64,000 nt of DNA from a bacterium (GTDB taxonomy: Bacteria; Patescibacteriota; Patescibacteriia; HK-STAS-PATE-3). The notes under the pieces are model-generated. The model worked only from the letters and a program-made list of their open reading frames with translations, was not told where the DNA came from and made no database searches. The stretch lies in NCBI GenBank assembly GCA_043800725.1, contig JAZDMR010000034.1, forward strand, positions 4,374 to 68,373. The letters are read 5' to 3'. Numbering within the stretch: the first letter of the stretch is position 1; every line of letters starts with the position of its first letter. This document shows positions 38,387 to 49,200 of this stretch, one piece after another. Position numbers and translations under genes: made by a program.

Positions 38387-39220
38387 TTATAAATTTATTA
38401 CTTCTGCTAGCTTGTCCAAAATAAGATTCCAAAGTATCTCTTTATAATTCTGAAACACATAAACAATTGCAAAGAGAATAAATAACCAGACCAGAGTAAG
38501 TACTACAAAAATAAGTGCTTTGGCGCCCCGCACTACCAGTTCAGGCGGCGTCATCGAAGGTACTAGCGCTAATTCGAAACCTTTGACATTAATCGTAAAC
38601 ATTTTACCCAATAAATTTCCGATAAACAGCCGTACCCCAAACAAGGCTAAGGGGATGATTGATAAAAATGGCACCCAGAAGTAGACAAGAGCTGCTTCTT
38701 CTAGGGCTTCATGGGCAATTTTCCATACCGCTCTCTGCGCCTGTACTGCTAATTGCTCGCCGACGGCTATAATTTGTTCTTTTGCGACCGACATGCCGAT
38801 TGCCTGTTTCTGGCCGCCGATTGCTTGTCGCGCCCTGCGAAGAGCGGCCATCGGGCTTCTTGAGAGGGTTTCGGAAGATTCGGTTTTACTGGAGGATTTA
38901 TCAGATATTATTAGATTGTTTTGCTTTGTTTGTGCTTGTTTATCAGTTCGCCTCTCCTGCTGAAGCCGTCTTCTCCGGTCATCTGAACTGACAGGCTGCT
39001 CTTGGGCCATTAACTGATTGTCTTCCTGATAATCTTCCTCCTGATCAGTTCCGTTTTCTGGCATTTGTTCTGGTTGTAAAGAGCTAGAAGATCCCGGAAG
39101 TTTTATCTTCGATTGGCTAGTCTTGGGCCTTACCAGCCGCCGTTCAGCTCGATAACTGCGCCGATGCTGACGCTCGATCCCAGGCACTGGCTGCGTAGTT
39201 GTTGCTTCATTAGCCACCAT
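38387..39220 (-). CDS. Hypothetical membrane protein of the T4SS-like operon
   Basis: Charged, probably disordered N-half and C-terminal TM helices; overlaps the upstream gene; GGAGG upstream. Confidence 0.65.
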   Translation of the reverse strand: MVANEATTTQPVPGIERQHRRSYRAERRLVRPKTSQSKIKLPGSSSSLQPEQMPENGTDQEEDYQEDNQLMAQEQPVSSDDRRRRLQQERRTDKQAQTKQNNLIISDKSSSKTESSETLSRSPMAALRRARQAIGGQKQAIGMSVAKEQIIAVGEQLAVQAQRAVWKIAHEALEEAALVYFWVPFLSIIPLALFGVRLFIGNLLGKMFTINVKGFELALVPSMTPPELVVRGAKALIFVVLTLVWLFILFAIVYVFQNYKEILWNLILDKLAEVINL

Positions 39221-39803
39221 TTCCTCCCGGCTGGATGCTGGACGGCTTCCATTCTGCTCCGTCGACTAGCCAGCGACCTCCCTGAAAAATAAAGGTTAAA
39301 GACAGTGTTTCATAGTACTCAACGTCTGGCGCGCCAACTCGCTTCTCCGTCCGGACGACCGAGACATCAACCTTGGCTTGAGTTTGCGCTTGCCAATTTT
39401 TTATCAGGGTAGACAAGCTGTGACTGGCGATTGAGCTGAGCGACTCAGCGGCTTCTACCGACTCATGGGTCGACCTCATAACGCTCGAATATGCGGTGGT
39501 CAGCCAGGGCTTCAATTCCAGCAAGTACTCAGAGAGCGACCCCGATGACCAGCTGCCGTATCGTTCGGCAAAGCTTCTGGCAATTCCCAGTAGCTCAGCC
39601 TGTTCAGTTACTTCGATTGTCTGGATCACCGCGCTATTGGTGCCGCTATTTATAGTCACTGTCTGATTGGCATTGGCGACCACTACATTGCTGTTATTGA
39701 TATTGGCTTGATCATCAGTATCTCGCCCTAAAAGCAAGGCAATAACCGCGGCGACCGTCAGAACCACGGCAATGATCATTATGATAATAAATATTCGGCG
39801 CAT
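39210..39803 (-). CDS. Bitopic protein, VirB8/TcpC-like NTF2 fold (inferred)
   Basis: TM helix, Asn-rich linker, ARSFAERYGSWS...LTFIFQGGRWLVDGAEW; immediately downstream of virB4. Confidence 0.6.
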   Translation of the reverse strand: MRRIFIIIMIIAVVLTVAAVIALLLGRDTDDQANINNSNVVVANANQTVTINSGTNSAVIQTIEVTEQAELLGIARSFAERYGSWSSGSLSEYLLELKPWLTTAYSSVMRSTHESVEAAESLSSIASHSLSTLIKNWQAQTQAKVDVSVVRTEKRVGAPDVEYYETLSLTFIFQGGRWLVDGAEWKPSSIQPGGNGG

Positions 39804-39823
39804 AAGAATAGTTTGTTAATAAA

Positions 39824-41818
39824 TTAGCCTAAGCCCTCGGTCTGACTGATTGACCTAGTGGCGGTTGTGGTTTCTTGTCCTGGGGTTTGTTCTTGTATTC
39901 CGCGAGCAACTTCTTCGGGGTTCTGACCGGAGGCTAATGCATCATCAAACTCTTCTTTGGCTTGCTCGATTTCCAGCAGTTGTCTGGGGTCAGAAGTAAT
40001 AATTTGATCTTCAGTATAACTGGCCACAACTTTAATGGCCGCGTGTTTGGCTCCGGCAAAAAATATGCCTTCTCCCACATTACACTCCAGCAATAAATAC
40101 TTTTCCCCTTGAGTGAGCAGAAAAGTCTTTTGGACTATGTCGATTCCGGCTGAAGACTGTTTCATTAGCAGCTGCAAAGCCGAGTTATTGACAATGGCCT
40201 GGCCATAAGGCGAGCGCAGAAAATCGTTAACGTCCTGGGTAATGGTGGTCACGCCCAAATAATACTTGCGGCACCTTTTAACCAGGGCGTAAATAAACTT
40301 GGCCGAATCCTCATGCTGCATTAACCACCAAGCTTCATCAATCACTAGAATCCGTTTTTTCATCTGAGAACGGACTATATTCCAGATATATGTCACGATA
40401 GTCGAGATGCCCACCGGCCGTAATTCATCTTCTAAATCACGAACGGAAAAAACCACCAGCTGATTATCTAATTCAATATTAGTGGCGCTATTGAAAAGAC
40501 CAGCAAAAGTCCCTTCGGTAAATTTTTTCAGGCGCTCGACCAGGTCTTTGGTACCGACCATGTCGGTAAGAACCTCTTCCAAATCCTTCATCAGGGGCGA
40601 TTCGACATTGGATAAATCTGAATCAGGGGTAATGTCTTTCTTGGCATAGGTCTCCAGCAGAGCTCGGTCAATCAGTGAATCCTCCTCATGAGTCAGCTCG
40701 CCTAGCATTAGGCGGAACAGCGATTTAAGGGTAATCACCGCGGAGCGGATAACATCGGCGGTTTTTTCTTCGCTGTGCTTCGGTTTGGGCAGATCAAAAG
40801 GATTTATCTTGGAATCTGCATTCAATGAAATATTTATATAAGTACCGCCCACTGCATCAGATAAATGCTTATATTCCATTTCCGGATCAATAACAATCAC
40901 GTCTGTGCCCAGCATCAGGCTGCGCAATATTTCCAGCTTAATAGCATAGCTCTTACCTGCGCCGGCAGTAGCAAAAACCACAAAATTGGCATTTTGCAGG
41001 CTGAACCTGTCAAATAAAATCAAGCTGTTGTTGTGGCGGTTAATTCCATAAAGTATGCCATTATCTGAAGTCAGATCCGAAGAAATAAAGGGGAAAGACG
41101 AGGCAATCGGCGACGAACTCATATTATAAGTAACCTGCAATTCATCATTGCCCAGAGGAATTGTAGAATTAAATCCTTGCTCAGCTTGGAAAAATGACCG
41201 TTTAGAATAAATTAAACGGCCGCCAAGCATTGACTCGATCTTTTCGGTAAGCAAATCAAGATAGTCTTTCCGGGTCGAATAAAGGGTAACGTACAGGGCG
41301 AATTGGAAAAACTTCTCTGTCCCCTGGGTTAAATCATCTCTTAACTTTTCAATATCTCGCAGGGCGGTCTCACGCACCGGATCACGAGGCGCTCCTTTTT
41401 CCGCATCGGAAATTATCTGAGCCTCCAAAACACCCACTTTATTCCTCAGCTGCTTGAGAATTACCGAGGATTCAATAGGATAAAAAAACATGCTGATATC
41501 CAGAGGAATATTAAAATTTATTATTGGCGCAAACCAACCTACAGAAATATACCGGGGGTAGGAAACAATGAATAAAGTGCGCACGTATTGGCTGCCTAAG
41601 CGAATAAAATCAGCTTCTACCTTCATGGCCGCGGGAGCAATTAAATCTCTGACCGTGACTACCCCGGCCCGATAGATTCTTTCTGACTCGAGTAATTCTC
41701 TTTCTTTTTCCGCTTGCTCGTGTTCCGACTGCTCTTTTTCGGATTCGCTAATTTTCTTCTTCATGGGAGCTGGGGGCTCTGTTCTGCCGGTAGCTTTGGC
41801 TAAATCAATTTCTGGCAT
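39824..41818 (-). CDS. virB4: VirB4-family T4SS ATPase
   Basis: YGIN...FDRF, ATAGAGKS Walker A, IDPEMEY, INPFD, IDEAW, RCRKY, TQD; GGAGG before ATG 41818. Confidence 0.92.
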   Translation of the reverse strand: MPEIDLAKATGRTEPPAPMKKKISESEKEQSEHEQAEKERELLESERIYRAGVVTVRDLIAPAAMKVEADFIRLGSQYVRTLFIVSYPRYISVGWFAPIINFNIPLDISMFFYPIESSVILKQLRNKVGVLEAQIISDAEKGAPRDPVRETALRDIEKLRDDLTQGTEKFFQFALYVTLYSTRKDYLDLLTEKIESMLGGRLIYSKRSFFQAEQGFNSTIPLGNDELQVTYNMSSSPIASSFPFISSDLTSDNGILYGINRHNNSLILFDRFSLQNANFVVFATAGAGKSYAIKLEILRSLMLGTDVIVIDPEMEYKHLSDAVGGTYINISLNADSKINPFDLPKPKHSEEKTADVIRSAVITLKSLFRLMLGELTHEEDSLIDRALLETYAKKDITPDSDLSNVESPLMKDLEEVLTDMVGTKDLVERLKKFTEGTFAGLFNSATNIELDNQLVVFSVRDLEDELRPVGISTIVTYIWNIVRSQMKKRILVIDEAWWLMQHEDSAKFIYALVKRCRKYYLGVTTITQDVNDFLRSPYGQAIVNNSALQLLMKQSSAGIDIVQKTFLLTQGEKYLLLECNVGEGIFFAGAKHAAIKVVASYTEDQIITSDPRQLLEIEQAKEEFDDALASGQNPEEVARGIQEQTPGQETTTATRSISQTEGLG

Positions 41819-42503
41819 ATTCGCCTCCTTCAACATTTACTTTTGATAAATCAGCGAACTTTTGTTGTCCTACGGATTCTGGATTGTAAGTGTTGTAATA
41901 AAGCTCTATCAGGCTCTGAGTGTCTAGCATTATGGACTTCAATCCGCTGGCGCTCAATCCATCAATCACGTAATCAGCCCGCTTGAGCAGCTCTTCCCGG
42001 TAAATCATGAATTGCCGTTGTTTAAGATGAATAACCGTCGAGGGCGATAACGCTTCTAGAATCCTATTGAAAAATCTTTTTGGCTTGTCCGAATGCGGCA
42101 TAAAAGGAATAACCACATAAAATCGCTTGGACATTAAATCGGCAATCTGAATCAGCTCGCTGACATACTCCCGATATTCCCTGGTTTGCATTCTGAGCAG
42201 CTCATTGCGCTGGCCTAGTTCGCTTTCTTTCAAGCGCTCTAAATAATTATCAATATTCAGCTTGCGAGATTGAATAACAATCTGAATGGAAAAATCCAAA
42301 GAGTTTAAAAACTGCGTATAGCTGGCAATAACCGCGTTCTGCTCTTCTTCTGACTTGAGTGAAAAATTGATTGATGAAACTAATAATACGGCGCGGATAG
42401 TGCCGTCTTTCAAAACAACGATATCGTCCTTGATCTCGAGAATATCAATATACCGCTGAGTCGGTATTACGTTTCGTTTTTGTTTTGCCGGTTTATTCGC
42501 CAT
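41805..42503 (-). CDS. Conserved T4SS protein (TrsD/VirB4-N-terminal-like)
   Basis: VSSINFSLKSEEEQ...FLNSLDFSIQI...FYVVIP...YNTYNP; between prgI-like and virB4. Confidence 0.75.
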   Translation of the reverse strand: MANKPAKQKRNVIPTQRYIDILEIKDDIVVLKDGTIRAVLLVSSINFSLKSEEEQNAVIASYTQFLNSLDFSIQIVIQSRKLNIDNYLERLKESELGQRNELLRMQTREYREYVSELIQIADLMSKRFYVVIPFMPHSDKPKRFFNRILEALSPSTVIHLKQRQFMIYREELLKRADYVIDGLSASGLKSIMLDTQSLIELYYNTYNPESVGQQKFADLSKVNVEGGEYARN

Positions 42504-42999
42504 TATTGTTATCCGATAATTTTTCAGACTGTCGTTGAATCTTAATATCGGGGGTTAATTCTCCCTCATCGGGAGCATGGTAAGCCCCTCCAGTATCAAC
42601 CACTAAAGAAAGAGCAGCCAATCTGGATTTGGTTAAAACCTTTTTTTTGATATCCGGCGTAGTAATAGTGATATCCAAATCTTTTTTCCTTAATTCTGAA
42701 GTGCTGACCTGTTTATTCCAGATGCGCAGTCTCGGTTCGCGAATTGTAATTATCAAGTTCAATAGAAAAAGATGAAAAGGGCGCCCGTTTACTCTGACAA
42801 AGGCCAAAACAATAGTAATGACCGCTAAAATAATTGCGCTGAATAGAAAAAACCAAAAGTTGTTATTCAACCGATAAATCAATTCATAGCTGAAAAAAAT
42901 CAAGCCTACTCCGGATAAAAGAATTACAAACTGCCGAACGGAGATCGGGCCGATTACCTTATCTTCCACGTCAATGAATTGTGGTACTACAAATTGCAT
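42493..42999 (-). CDS. PrgI-family (VirB3-like) protein
   Basis: VPQFIDVEDKVIGPISVRQF, two TM helices, NGRPF. Confidence 0.88.
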   Translation of the reverse strand: MQFVVPQFIDVEDKVIGPISVRQFVILLSGVGLIFFSYELIYRLNNNFWFFLFSAIILAVITIVLAFVRVNGRPFHLFLLNLIITIREPRLRIWNKQVSTSELRKKDLDITITTPDIKKKVLTKSRLAALSLVVDTGGAYHAPDEGELTPDIKIQRQSEKLSDNNNGE

Positions 43000-43005
43000 A
43001 TTTTT

Positions 43006-44385
43006 TTAAAAACGCAGCTTTCTATTTAAATCCACGATAGCGTGGTATTCAGCTTCTGTTAAGAGGGGCTGAGAAGCGATTTCCCTTGCTTTAACTACCT
43101 CCTTGATGTCCAGGCCTTGCTCCAGGCTCTCGCGGCTCATTGATAAGTACAGCTTATGAGTCGGACTTTGCCGCCAAGCCTGTATGCCCTCGATCCGCTT
43201 GCTAAAAGATTCCTGCCCGAGCAATGTTATCTTTTCATACACTTTTCGCACTTGACTTCCAGAATCTTCCCCTAACTTGCGAAATCCCTCAATCGACAAG
43301 CTTCCTAATTCTTCTACGGGTCCGACTAATCGACGCGGTCTGTCTGGAGCCTTGATATCTTCAACTATCGGCCGATCTGATTGTGTGGCTAATCGTATCG
43401 GAATGACCGGCCGATTTGTAGCTTGATATTTTGGAACGGGGGCAGGAGTATTTTCAGCTTTTACTGGCACCTGGCTTGATCCAGCTTCGGAGCCAAGAGC
43501 CGCAGCGGCTTTGCTGGCAGGTTGAAGATTTTTTTTCGACAGGAAGGGCTCGGGAATTTTTGGAGGTTTGGGAATCGGTGCCTCTAGCCGGACCGCTGCT
43601 GGGCTTGGATGAACTGACGGCAATTCATCGCGGACTTTATCAGACGCTTTATTAAAATCTTCGGCAACTGCTTGAGCTTGATTCTGCTCTAAGCCTAAGC
43701 CTCCGATCTTGGGTGTTCGAGTTAATAATTCCCGCGTCTCTCTGGAGCTTCTAATCTCTTTTAATCGCGCGGTGCCAATAGCGAAAAATCTTTTTTTTAT
43801 CAGATCGCTGTCCAAAATAAGATGATTTTTTTCAGCTATCCTTTCCAAAAGAGAATCAATGTCATGACCATCCTCAAGATCAAAGCTGGACAGGCGATTG
43901 GTATTCCGGCGTATTTCTTCTTCATCCTCTGGTGATTCATATGAAACGGGCACTGGTTTATGAGCCGAACTGGACTCTAGTTTAGCCTGAAAAGCGCCTA
44001 CCGACTTGGGCAATTCCCCAAAAGATGCCGCTGGCTTGCTCTTTTTGAAAACGGAAGGAGGTTGATCAACAAAATGGCCTAATTGAAAAAACTTAATTTC
44101 TCCCGAGACATTCCGTACCGGCACCCTGGCCTCGCCAGGCTGGCTAATCTTGCTTTTTATCAGGGAAACCGGGGTTGTCTGAGCCAGCAAATCCAGGAGC
44201 GGTGAATACCTCTGAGTAATCGGATTATTGGGATCACTGGGCAATAAGCGCTTAAGATACGAAAGCAGGGTGTTGGCTTTATTGGCATCACCGCTGTTAT
44301 TTATAACGCCTACTTCTTCCTTAATTATGGCTAAAGTAGCTGGTTGATTAATTGTACTGCCATTGATCGTTGATAGATCTAGCAT
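43006..44385 (-). CDS. Hypothetical cytoplasmic protein with Pro-rich linkers
   Basis: Long ORF co-oriented with the T4SS genes; globular-looking segments RLKEIRS...GGLGL and LVGPVEEL...AWRQSP. Confidence 0.7.
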   Translation of the reverse strand: MLDLSTINGSTINQPATLAIIKEEVGVINNSGDANKANTLLSYLKRLLPSDPNNPITQRYSPLLDLLAQTTPVSLIKSKISQPGEARVPVRNVSGEIKFFQLGHFVDQPPSVFKKSKPAASFGELPKSVGAFQAKLESSSAHKPVPVSYESPEDEEEIRRNTNRLSSFDLEDGHDIDSLLERIAEKNHLILDSDLIKKRFFAIGTARLKEIRSSRETRELLTRTPKIGGLGLEQNQAQAVAEDFNKASDKVRDELPSVHPSPAAVRLEAPIPKPPKIPEPFLSKKNLQPASKAAAALGSEAGSSQVPVKAENTPAPVPKYQATNRPVIPIRLATQSDRPIVEDIKAPDRPRRLVGPVEELGSLSIEGFRKLGEDSGSQVRKVYEKITLLGQESFSKRIEGIQAWRQSPTHKLYLSMSRESLEQGLDIKEVVKAREIASQPLLTEAEYHAIVDLNRKLRF

Positions 44386-44509
44386 GTTTCTGCTTTGTCT
44401 TTTTAGATTCGCCCCTTATATTTACGCTCAAGAAGCGCTGTTCTCAACGCTAATTTTTTATGGAAAAAATCAATAAAAGTATAACATATACTGACTGTTT
44501 CAGCAATCT

Positions 44510-44836
44510 CTACTTTTCACGTTCTGCTGCTTTATTTTGGCCGATTAAAAAAACAATTCTGCTTGCTTCCGCCTCAACTGTTGGGCCGTCATATTCTCCG
44601 GCATGAGCCGCTGTCCCCTGATAACTGGGTTTTTTCATATCCAAATGAAGGTTTAACACTAGTTCCTGAGGATTATCCTTATGCAGGTACATATGGAAGC
44701 GCGGATAAACATAGCCGCCCATCCTTCGCGAAAAACTCATTTGTGACTGCGACCTGCTCCGATCCGGGCTATAACCTAGCTTTCTGAGCAGAGTGAGAAT
44801 ATTAACTTGTCGAGGAAAATTAAATTCAAGTCGCAT
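44510..44836 (-). CDS. Small hypothetical protein
   Basis: LRKLGY...YPRFHMY...LHLDMKKPSYQGTAAHAGEYDG; co-oriented in the operon. Confidence 0.7.
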   Translation of the reverse strand: MRLEFNFPRQVNILTLLRKLGYSPDRSRSQSQMSFSRRMGGYVYPRFHMYLHKDNPQELVLNLHLDMKKPSYQGTAAHAGEYDGPTVEAEASRIVFLIGQNKAAEREK

Positions 44837-44865
44837 TAATAAGTAACAGGCGTTATCAGATTGAG

Positions 44866-46245
44866 TTAAACTATTTTTGACGACATTAGCCCGTCTTCAG
44901 GTCGAATATCCGTTTTAGCCCAGCGATATCCTTCAGCACCCAGATCAAAATAAGCAAAAGTCGCTTCTGGGCCCACTTTTCCTTCCGGCATTAAGCTTGC
45001 CAAATGGACCATTAATCGCGCAGCATCGTTTTCCGATCCGGCTGCCTTATTAAATAGCAGTCTTAGAAATTCTTTAAGCATAATTAATCGATTGGTCGGC
45101 AAATCGACCGCCCGGCTGGCAATCTCAGACGACAGCTGAAAAGCCGACTGGAGATACGGCAAAACCGCTGATCGCATAACCCGGATCATGCTTGCTTCCG
45201 TTAATATCGGCTCCATCCCGAGCTCACGCACTATCTGGAAAAAGCCGGCCACCGCTCGCCCTGAATCCCCTTTTGCTAATGCTTGGTCTGCCAAAGTCGC
45301 CAGCTGCGCCACGCTGGATTTCTGCAGAGCAGGCAGCTCTTTTTCAATCGTTTCAAAGTGTCTGATTAAATTCTGGCTGTTGGTTAAGCTGGCTTGGACA
45401 ATCTGTTCCTCAGTTTTACTTGGCTGGCTGGGAATATTATCCGGAGCCGGGATGGCGGGTTTGCCGGCTGGGCTAAACTGATTGCTATACAGCTTATTAA
45501 TCGGCCTAACAAAACCATCGGGGACTTGGTTAACAGGAGTGATTTTTTCTTCGCCCTGCACAGATAATACCGGACCTTCTTCAAACCTAAGGATATTAAA
45601 CCAATTAAATAATTTATTAAGAAGCTGTATTTCTTCTTCTGGTAGATCTTGCACATTAGGACTTTTAGCGATATATTCAGCGATCATTACATTACCGCTG
45701 GATGGATGGTTAGTGGCAAATTTTTCATAGTCGTCAATCCAGTTTCCAATCGTCGGGTCAACTGTAGCGCCAGTATAAATCTTAATACGCTTTGTGCTGA
45801 TTAATTCGGTCGCTGTCCTTAGTCCATTTGTCAAAGCATCCAGCCACCTTATAATATAGTCGGGTAATACTTCTTTTGACAGCAAGAGCATGGTTATGAC
45901 CTTATTTATTTCGGTATATTCCGATTCAAAAATAGGCAAGGCATGTGCGCTGATAAAAGATTTAACTTGTTCCGGAGACCAGGAACTAATCTGCCAAAAT
46001 TGACCAATCGCCCTAATCGCTTCAATCTCAGTCTTTATCTCCTTGGAAAACGTCATTCCGGGAACGCTTTTTATTTTCTGATCTAGGATTTCAAGAAAAC
46101 TGCCTGCCGCGCCGGATTTTTCCCGATAATACGGGTGATCAATTGATTTGCGAATAAGGCGCAGGGCTTCTACGCTGTTTAATTCGTCCGCTTCAATCAG
46201 AGACAATTCAGCGGGGTATATTGGATCGAGGTCTGGAATTGGCAT
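44866..46245 (-). CDS. Hypothetical alpha-helical protein
   Basis: 459-aa ORF, 14 nt downstream of the virB6-like gene; no motif recognised. Confidence 0.65.
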   Translation of the reverse strand: MPIPDLDPIYPAELSLIEADELNSVEALRLIRKSIDHPYYREKSGAAGSFLEILDQKIKSVPGMTFSKEIKTEIEAIRAIGQFWQISSWSPEQVKSFISAHALPIFESEYTEINKVITMLLLSKEVLPDYIIRWLDALTNGLRTATELISTKRIKIYTGATVDPTIGNWIDDYEKFATNHPSSGNVMIAEYIAKSPNVQDLPEEEIQLLNKLFNWFNILRFEEGPVLSVQGEEKITPVNQVPDGFVRPINKLYSNQFSPAGKPAIPAPDNIPSQPSKTEEQIVQASLTNSQNLIRHFETIEKELPALQKSSVAQLATLADQALAKGDSGRAVAGFFQIVRELGMEPILTEASMIRVMRSAVLPYLQSAFQLSSEIASRAVDLPTNRLIMLKEFLRLLFNKAAGSENDAARLMVHLASLMPEGKVGPEATFAYFDLGAEGYRWAKTDIRPEDGLMSSKIV

Positions 46246-46259
46246 TGTAAATATTAATA

Positions 46260-49200
46260 TTATTTCTTATCAGGGCCTGCTCCACTGTCCGGTTTCGGTT
46301 TTTTTTCATCTTCTTTGTCGCCCTTTGCTTTCTCCCCAATTTTTGAAGTGGGTTCGACGGTGGATTCCTGAACCGCGCTTACTAGCTTTCTCAAGAGCAT
46401 ACCGGATTCACGGAAATAATTCTTTTGCGATTGTTCCCCGCCGCCATAAAATTCCCGTCGATTACTTACGGACTGCTTGTTTTTCTTTATTTCTTCGGCC
46501 AGGGATTCAAGTTCTTCTTTTATTTTTGGCTCTTTCATTGACTTAGACAAATCTTCTATACTGTTTGCTATGGAATCCATCTGCCCGCTTACCTGATGCA
46601 GGGCGTTAGTAAGACCTTCTTCGTTCTTGGGCAATGAATCTGAAACTTTTTCTGACTCATCAGCCACTGTCGTTGCTTCGTTAATTATTTTATTATGGAC
46701 TTCAGTCCGCTCTACCTTATGCTCCTCTGGAACCGTAAACTCTGCCTTAACAGCGCCAATCCTTTCGCCCATATGAGCGGAAGATTTTGCCATTTGAACA
46801 TTTTTTACCACCCATTCTTGAGTGCCTTCTTCTTTATTTTTAGGATCTGGCACTAGGTAATCGGCACGATCGGCATTGCCGTGGAATTTATTTCGATACC
46901 ATTTTTGATATGCTATTGGACTAATTTCTTCTAACGCGGTAGCTCGATCGCGTGATTGCGCCTCTCTTATATCACTGGCTTCGTCTAGGGTGATATCATC
47001 GCCGGTTTTAAGCTTGTGCTCTTTTTGAATCCTTTCATGTTCCGCTTTATCCCCTCTATAAAAAGAACCAAATTTCGTAAATACGGCTTCATCATTAGTT
47101 ATATCCCCTTCAACTCCGAGCGTCTGATTTTTAATTCTGACTGCGGTACGGCTGAGTATACGCTCGGTCGCATCTTCTGCCATACTTAACTTCATTCGTC
47201 CAAGAACCGACATATTTTTATAGTCAGTGCTTATCTTGACTTCGCCATCGGTCAAAGAATTATACCTCGGTACTTCGGAGTGCGGGCTGGATTTCTCATA
47301 TACATGCTGAGCGCCCTGTTTTCTGAGTAATGTCATGGATGAAGCGGCAGCTTCGGGCTCGCTCATCACATAAGCAAAGGCTTCTTCTTCGTCATATTTG
47401 CCCCAGCGCTGTTCCACGTGGCCTCCGTTCTCAAGCGATAGCTCTCCCTGTGTTTCTAATTGCATGAGCTTGAACCTATCTTCAGTCCCGGCTTTTCTGG
47501 CATTGTCTCTGGTAGTCTCATTGGCTTTCTTAATGATCGGATCGATTATTGCCAGAGCCTTTTGCTCTTTATCAACATACGCTCTGACAAGCAAATCGTC
47601 CCAATCCTCTTCGGGGTGGATTTTTTTTAGCTCTCTCTGGGCCAATAGGTCGGGATCATATTTTTCTCGATCCAACTTTAAATAATCCATCAGCATAACT
47701 TTCATGTGGTGACCTGTTTCTTCATTATAATGCCGGTGGTCTTCTACGTCCGGATCAAAGCCATGTTGTTCCATAAGCCGTATTATTTCTTCTTCCGTTG
47801 CTTTTTTGTCTTTACCTTTTTTCGTAGCTTTAATCTCTCTTTTGATTTTATCTTGATTCCAGTCGTCAAAATTGCCATGCTTGACCCCGCTGATAAGTCT
47901 TCCTCCGCGATCTTCGATACCCTCATTACCGCCGGTTTTTTCAGCGGCATTCAATGCTTGGACAATTTTTTCCGTAGTCGGGTTCGACCCGAGAATTTTT
48001 TCACTTTCAGCATGATTGGTCATAAGCAAGTTCCTTCGGAATATTTCTTCATAGTCGGTGACCGAGCTTTTAGGTAAGTGGCCGAGGAACCGCTTATGAA
48101 AAGCGTCAATCCTTGTGCGTCCTTTAGCTTTCATCCAATCTTTAGTAATTTGTCCTCGTTCTTCGCCTCTGGCTTTTACTCCGCCCCAGAATTCCTTGGT
48201 CAGGTAGCTTAGCGGCATGGATTTGCCAATTTTAATTCCTTCCACGGCTTTTCGTCCGATAGCCCCGCCAGCCATTTTGACTCCGCCCCGAGCCGCACGC
48301 ATAGCCAGACGCGCTCCGGCCACGCCGCTCAATACGCCCGCGGCAGTTAACCCGCCGGTGCGGATCTTTTGCGACCAGTCGCCGGCGATCTTGCTGCCGG
48401 CCACGCCCAACTGCTGAGCCGCCTGAAGCGAGCCTAAGAGCAAGCCGATGGTAATCATATAGGTTAATAAGCGATCGGATTCACTAATCTTGCTTATGGC
48501 GGCTGACATGTTCATTGCGGTACCGCCGCCTGTGCCATAAACTTGCCCGATCACGGCTGAACCCTCGCGCTTACTTACCTCTTTGAACTCATACCTGGCA
48601 TCTGCCCCGGTAACTGAAATAATCGTCATTGACAGCCATAAAAAGAAAGCCATAACCGGACCGACCATAATATATTTATTAAATTCCCCCCACCACTGAT
48701 CTGAATACTTGGCCGTATTGGGAAAAACTCTGGTTAAAAAAGCTAAAGGCGAAAAAACAATTAACAGCCAAAGCATTATTACTCGGAAAATTAATGTTAT
48801 GGTCATAATCACGACCACAATCACGGCAATCATCAGCAGGGCGATCGCCAGCAGTACGGCAATGTATATCCCTGTTCCACTTACATCGCCGACTGAAGGA
48901 TTATCGGCCAAAGTAAGCATATTAGACATGCCTAAACCGGAAGCCAGGTTGCCGGCCGCCGCATCTTTGAAGCCGTTAACAAAAGTCAGCATGATCACCT
49001 GGCCTATATCAATCCAGAATCCGGCAATAAATTTGGAAAAGTTGATTAAAAAAGCGTAAATAATCAGCTTGCCCAGCAAGCGATTGTAGCGGTACTGCTC
49101 CAGCTTAAAAATCGTGCCAAAAGCGATAATCAGCAAAAACACAATAAAGAACATATTGCATAAGTCGCGAACAATCACCCAGCCTTTGACCACGGCAACG

